Of a stretch of 32,000 nucleotides of DNA, positions 29,086 to 32,000 are shown in pieces; the first letter of the stretch is position 1; every line of letters begins with the position of its first letter. The stretch is from contig CP042461.1 of the NCBI GenBank assembly GCA_004563595.2, positions 330,001-362,000 of the forward strand. Direction: 5' to 3'. Under the pieces are notes generated by a model, which saw nothing but the letters and a program-made list of their open reading frames with translations, did not search any database and had not been told where the DNA came from. This DNA comes from Candidatus Saccharimonadota bacterium. Its GTDB lineage: Bacteria > Patescibacteriota > Gracilibacteria > BD1-5 > UBA6164. The position numbers were made by a program, and so were the translations under genes.

Positions 29086-31362
29086 ATGGATAAATTAGAG
29101 AGTATATTACAAGGAACTTTTGGTTTAAAATCATTTAGGGAATGACAAAGAGAAGTAATAGAAAGTGTCGTGAATGGAAATGATACTCTTGTTTTTATGC
29201 CAACATGAGGTTGAAAATCTTTGACCTACCAATTGCCAGGAATGGTAAGAGAGGGGGTAACGCTTGTTATTTCTCCTCTTATTTCTTTGATGAAGGATCA
29301 GGTGGATAAACTCAATGAACTCTGAGTGAGAGCTGAGCTTATAAATTCAACGATCAGTTTTTCTGAACAACAAGATATCCTCAATGAACTTTCAAAATGA
29401 AATACAAATATAAAATTTCTCTATATAGCTCCAGAAAGACTCAATAGTAGGGATTTTCAAAGAATAGTCGGGCAAATAAAAATCTCACTTATAGCAATTG
29501 ATGAAGTACATTGTTTAAGTCAATGGTGACATGACTTCAGACCAAGTTACATGAAAATAAAAGGTTTTATCGAAAGACTCAGAGGGGAAGAGAAAAATAT
29601 CCCAGTAGTAGGGCTCACAGCAACGGCTACAGAAAAAGTAAGAGTAGATATTGTAACAAGACTTGGGCTCACAAAATATAGAGAATTTACAAAGTGATTT
29701 GATAGAAAAAATATCATTCTCATAGTCAGAGAGCTTTCAAAAAAGGATGAAAAGTTTCAAAAACTCTATGAGATAATCAAAAATACAGCATGATCAGGAA
29801 TTGTATATTGTTCAAGTAGAAAAGTAACCAAAGAAGTATATGAGTTTTTACAAGAGAATGACATTTCTGTAGGTATGTATACCTGAGCAATGAATCATGA
29901 TGATAGAGAAACAATGCAACAACAGTTTATGGATGATGGGCTCAAAGTAATAGTCGCTACTAATGCCTTTGGGATGTGAATTGATAAAAAAGATATTAGA
30001 TTTGTAGTTCATTATAATCTTCCAGGGAGTATTGAAAATTATTACCAAGAAGTATGAAGAGGATGAAGAGATGGTAAAAAAAGTTACGGAGTGGTACTTG
30101 CGAGTTATTGAGATACAAAAATACAAGAATTTTTTATTGAGAATTCAAATCCTGAAAAACAAGAAATTCTTGATTTTTATGATTACCTGTATAAAAATAA
30201 TAAAATCTGAGAAGGTTCAGGAGAACAAATATTAAAAACATACTATGTAATGGCCTCTGAGTCCGGAGTATGAAATGATATGAAAGTATGAAGTATATTA
30301 AAATTACTTGAAAAATATGGAATCGTAAGAAAGTGATTTGAATGAGAATCAGAGGATAATTTTAGAGGGAGAGGTATAACTCTTATGCAAGAAAAAAGAA
30401 AACATTCAGGGTTATTAATTGATTGGAAACATCAAGAATTATTGCGTGATGAAGCTTATTTTAAGTTGGAGCAAATTAAGAAGCTTCTTTTTTACCCATC
30501 ATGTAGGAAGAAATTTATTCTTCAATATTTTTGAGATAAAGAAGATTTAAAAACTCTTCCTGATAATTGCTGAGTATGTGATTATTGTCTAGATAAATCA
30601 AAATATCAATCATGAGATATAGAAAACCTGGTTCAATTATCAGTATTTGAAATTGTGCTTGATGTTATGTCAAAGTTTGATAAAAGATTTGGAGTGAAAG
30701 TAATAACAAACTTCTTACGGGGGAGTTCAGAAAAGAGAATTATTGAATGGGGACTTGATAAACATGAGGATTATTGAGTACTTTCAGAGTACAATTCTGA
30801 GCTTGTTGAAGCTTTAATAGAAGCTTTAATTCAACATGATTATCTCGAAAAAACAACATGACAGTATCCACTTCTCTGAATGACAAAAGTTGGAACAGCT
30901 GCTCTGAGGAATGAAGATATACTCAAAGAAGATGAGTCAAACCTTCAATCATTTCTGATTATGAAGGTAAAAAGATCAGCTTTTAAAAAAGCAAAAACAT
31001 GATCATCTTGAGATAAAAAAGCAAAAACTCCAAGATGAGCTACCTATAAAGAAACTCTCAAGCTATTAAAAGAATGAAAAAGCCTAAAAAAAATAGCAGG
31101 TCTTCGTGAAATAAAAATTCTTTCAATAGAATGACACGTTCTTAAACTTTATGAAGACTGAGAATTATGACTTCAGGATATTTTAAAATTAGTAGACTTT
31201 AAAAATATAAAAGAAGTAAAAGTTATATTAGAGGGAACCTTTTGATGAGTTCCTGATAAACTAAGGCCAATTAAAGATAAATTGGAAGAAGAGGGAAAAG
31301 AATACATTAGTTATTTTGAGATTAAAGCCTGTATTAGTATGTTGGGGAAGGGGGATTTATAA
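29086..31362 (+). CDS. recQ: RecQ-family ATP-dependent DNA helicase with an extended C-terminal winged-helix/HTH region
   Basis: 759 codons. FMPTGGGKS (Walker A), [18 protein letters not shown] (DEVH), [42 protein letters not shown], and zinc motif PSCRKK..DNCGVCDYC. Confidence 0.95.
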
Positions 31363-31363
31363 T

Positions 31364-31392
31364 AAAAACGGAAAATTTATTTTCCGTTTTTT
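31364..31392 (+). terminator. Rho-independent terminator
   Basis: aaaaacggaaaat-tt-attttccgttttt hairpin followed by a T-run. Confidence 0.85.
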
Positions 31393-31432
31393 ATTTTTAG
31401 GTATACTAAGAGAGATACTTTAAACACCAACC

Positions 31433-32000
31433 ATGAAGAAAAATATAATCAAAAAATTTTTTGAACCAGTAATGAGGGAAAAAAAAGTTTCCTTTAAAGC
31501 GATTATCCCAGCGATATTATCGAGTCTTATTTGAATAATAACAGTGTACCTGTTAAAAGAAATCACAAATAATATTTCAAGATGATTGAATGAATCAATA
31601 ATACCATTAATAATTTTATTTGTAGCTTGTGTGATATTTTTCTATATTACTGTAATTATTTCAAGAAATTGGACTCATGGTACTATTTGGCCTACATTTC
31701 GAGCCGTTTTATATAAGAAATATATAAGTTTATATGTTTTTCTTGATAATAATGAGTCAGAAAGGGTAGGAAGCTGAAAGATGATTGCAATGATAGATAA
31801 AGGAATTCATTCTTGGGTTGCTTTAATTGAACAATCATTAGTTGAGATTTTATCAAATAGCTTATTTATTGTATACTCATTTATTTTTATTGGGTTTATT
31901 AATATATATTATTTAATAATAGTATTATTCTTATTTAGTACTATCTTTATATTAACTGTATTTTTACAAAAAAGAGCAAAAATATATAGGATTGAGAGAA
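31433..32000 (+). CDS. ABC exporter, N-terminal transmembrane domain (fused permease/ATPase type; 3' end outside window)
   Basis: Open from ATG 31433 to the window edge with TGA=Gly. TM1 is AIIPAILSSLIGIITVYLL and TM2 is IIPLIILFVACVIFFYITVII. The pattern ..FLDNNESERVGSGKMIAMIDKGI.. matches the ABC_membrane intracellular loop. Confidence 0.6.

Noticed and set aside
1-32000. UGA = Trp (code 4, Mycoplasma-like) as the explanation for the fragmented ORFs
   Set aside because: TGA aligns with invariant Gly residues (Walker A GGGKS, PP-loop SGGVDS, HhH LPGVG, CFGCG). Conserved Trp positions (WCGPC, IWW, DWY) use TGG.
1-32000. Massive pseudogenisation, or frameshifts explaining the short ORFs
   Set aside because: Every gene I checked is continuous and a multiple of 3 from start to stop once TGA is read as Gly. 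Two apparent frameshifts (DUF2130 3' end near 7020; ABC transporter near 31560) were my own transcription errors and disappeared on recounting.

Overview
Strongly AT-rich bacterial chromosomal window. It only makes sense if TGA is read as glycine (translation table 25, Gracilibacteria / Absconditabacteria-SR1, CPR). Under the standard code almost every gene breaks into short ORFs. With TGA=Gly I get about 44 tightly packed CDS with recognisable products and many clean rho-independent, often bidirectional, terminators. TGA falls on invariant Gly positions: RecQ Walker A PTGGGKS = cca aca TGA ggt TGA aaa tct at 29200-29220; MnmA PP-loop SGGVDS with TGA at 25291; Nth LPGVG; M48 GHEISH. Trp is still TGG (thioredoxin WCGPC, TGG at 20496). 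Content is mostly housekeeping with a clear DNA-repair bias (RecJ tail, MutY, TfoX_N-MGMT-like fusion, GyrI-like protein, AlkC-like glycosylase, DUF2130, DUF559, Nth, RecQ). Also present: thioredoxin, MnmA, HrcA, an ECF sigma/anti-sigma pair, peptidases (M24, M29-like, two M48-type), Nif3, YbjQ paralogues, a Wzx-like flippase, a GT4 glycosyltransferase and a partial ABC exporter. I saw no rRNA, tRNA or CRISPR array. The most unusual signal is a small class of four ORFs that contain no TGA codon although neighbouring genes use TGA for about half or more of their Gly codons. These are a 462-aa lipoprotein at 27418-28806, a 178-aa ORF at 233-769, and two small ORFs at 20779-21168. They are also the only genes in the window with a clear GGAG/AGGA Shine-Dalgarno motif 7-8 nt upstream of the ATG. 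Other points of interest: a MITE-like GC-rich inverted-repeat element upstream of the DUF559 gene, a pseudoknot-capable leader RNA upstream of a stand-alone CHC2 zinc-finger gene, a secreted hyper-acidic tandem-repeat protein next to an ECF sigma module, and a possible genotoxin/alkylation-resistance cluster. All coordinates and codon counts were made by hand and should be re-derived computationally with table 25.
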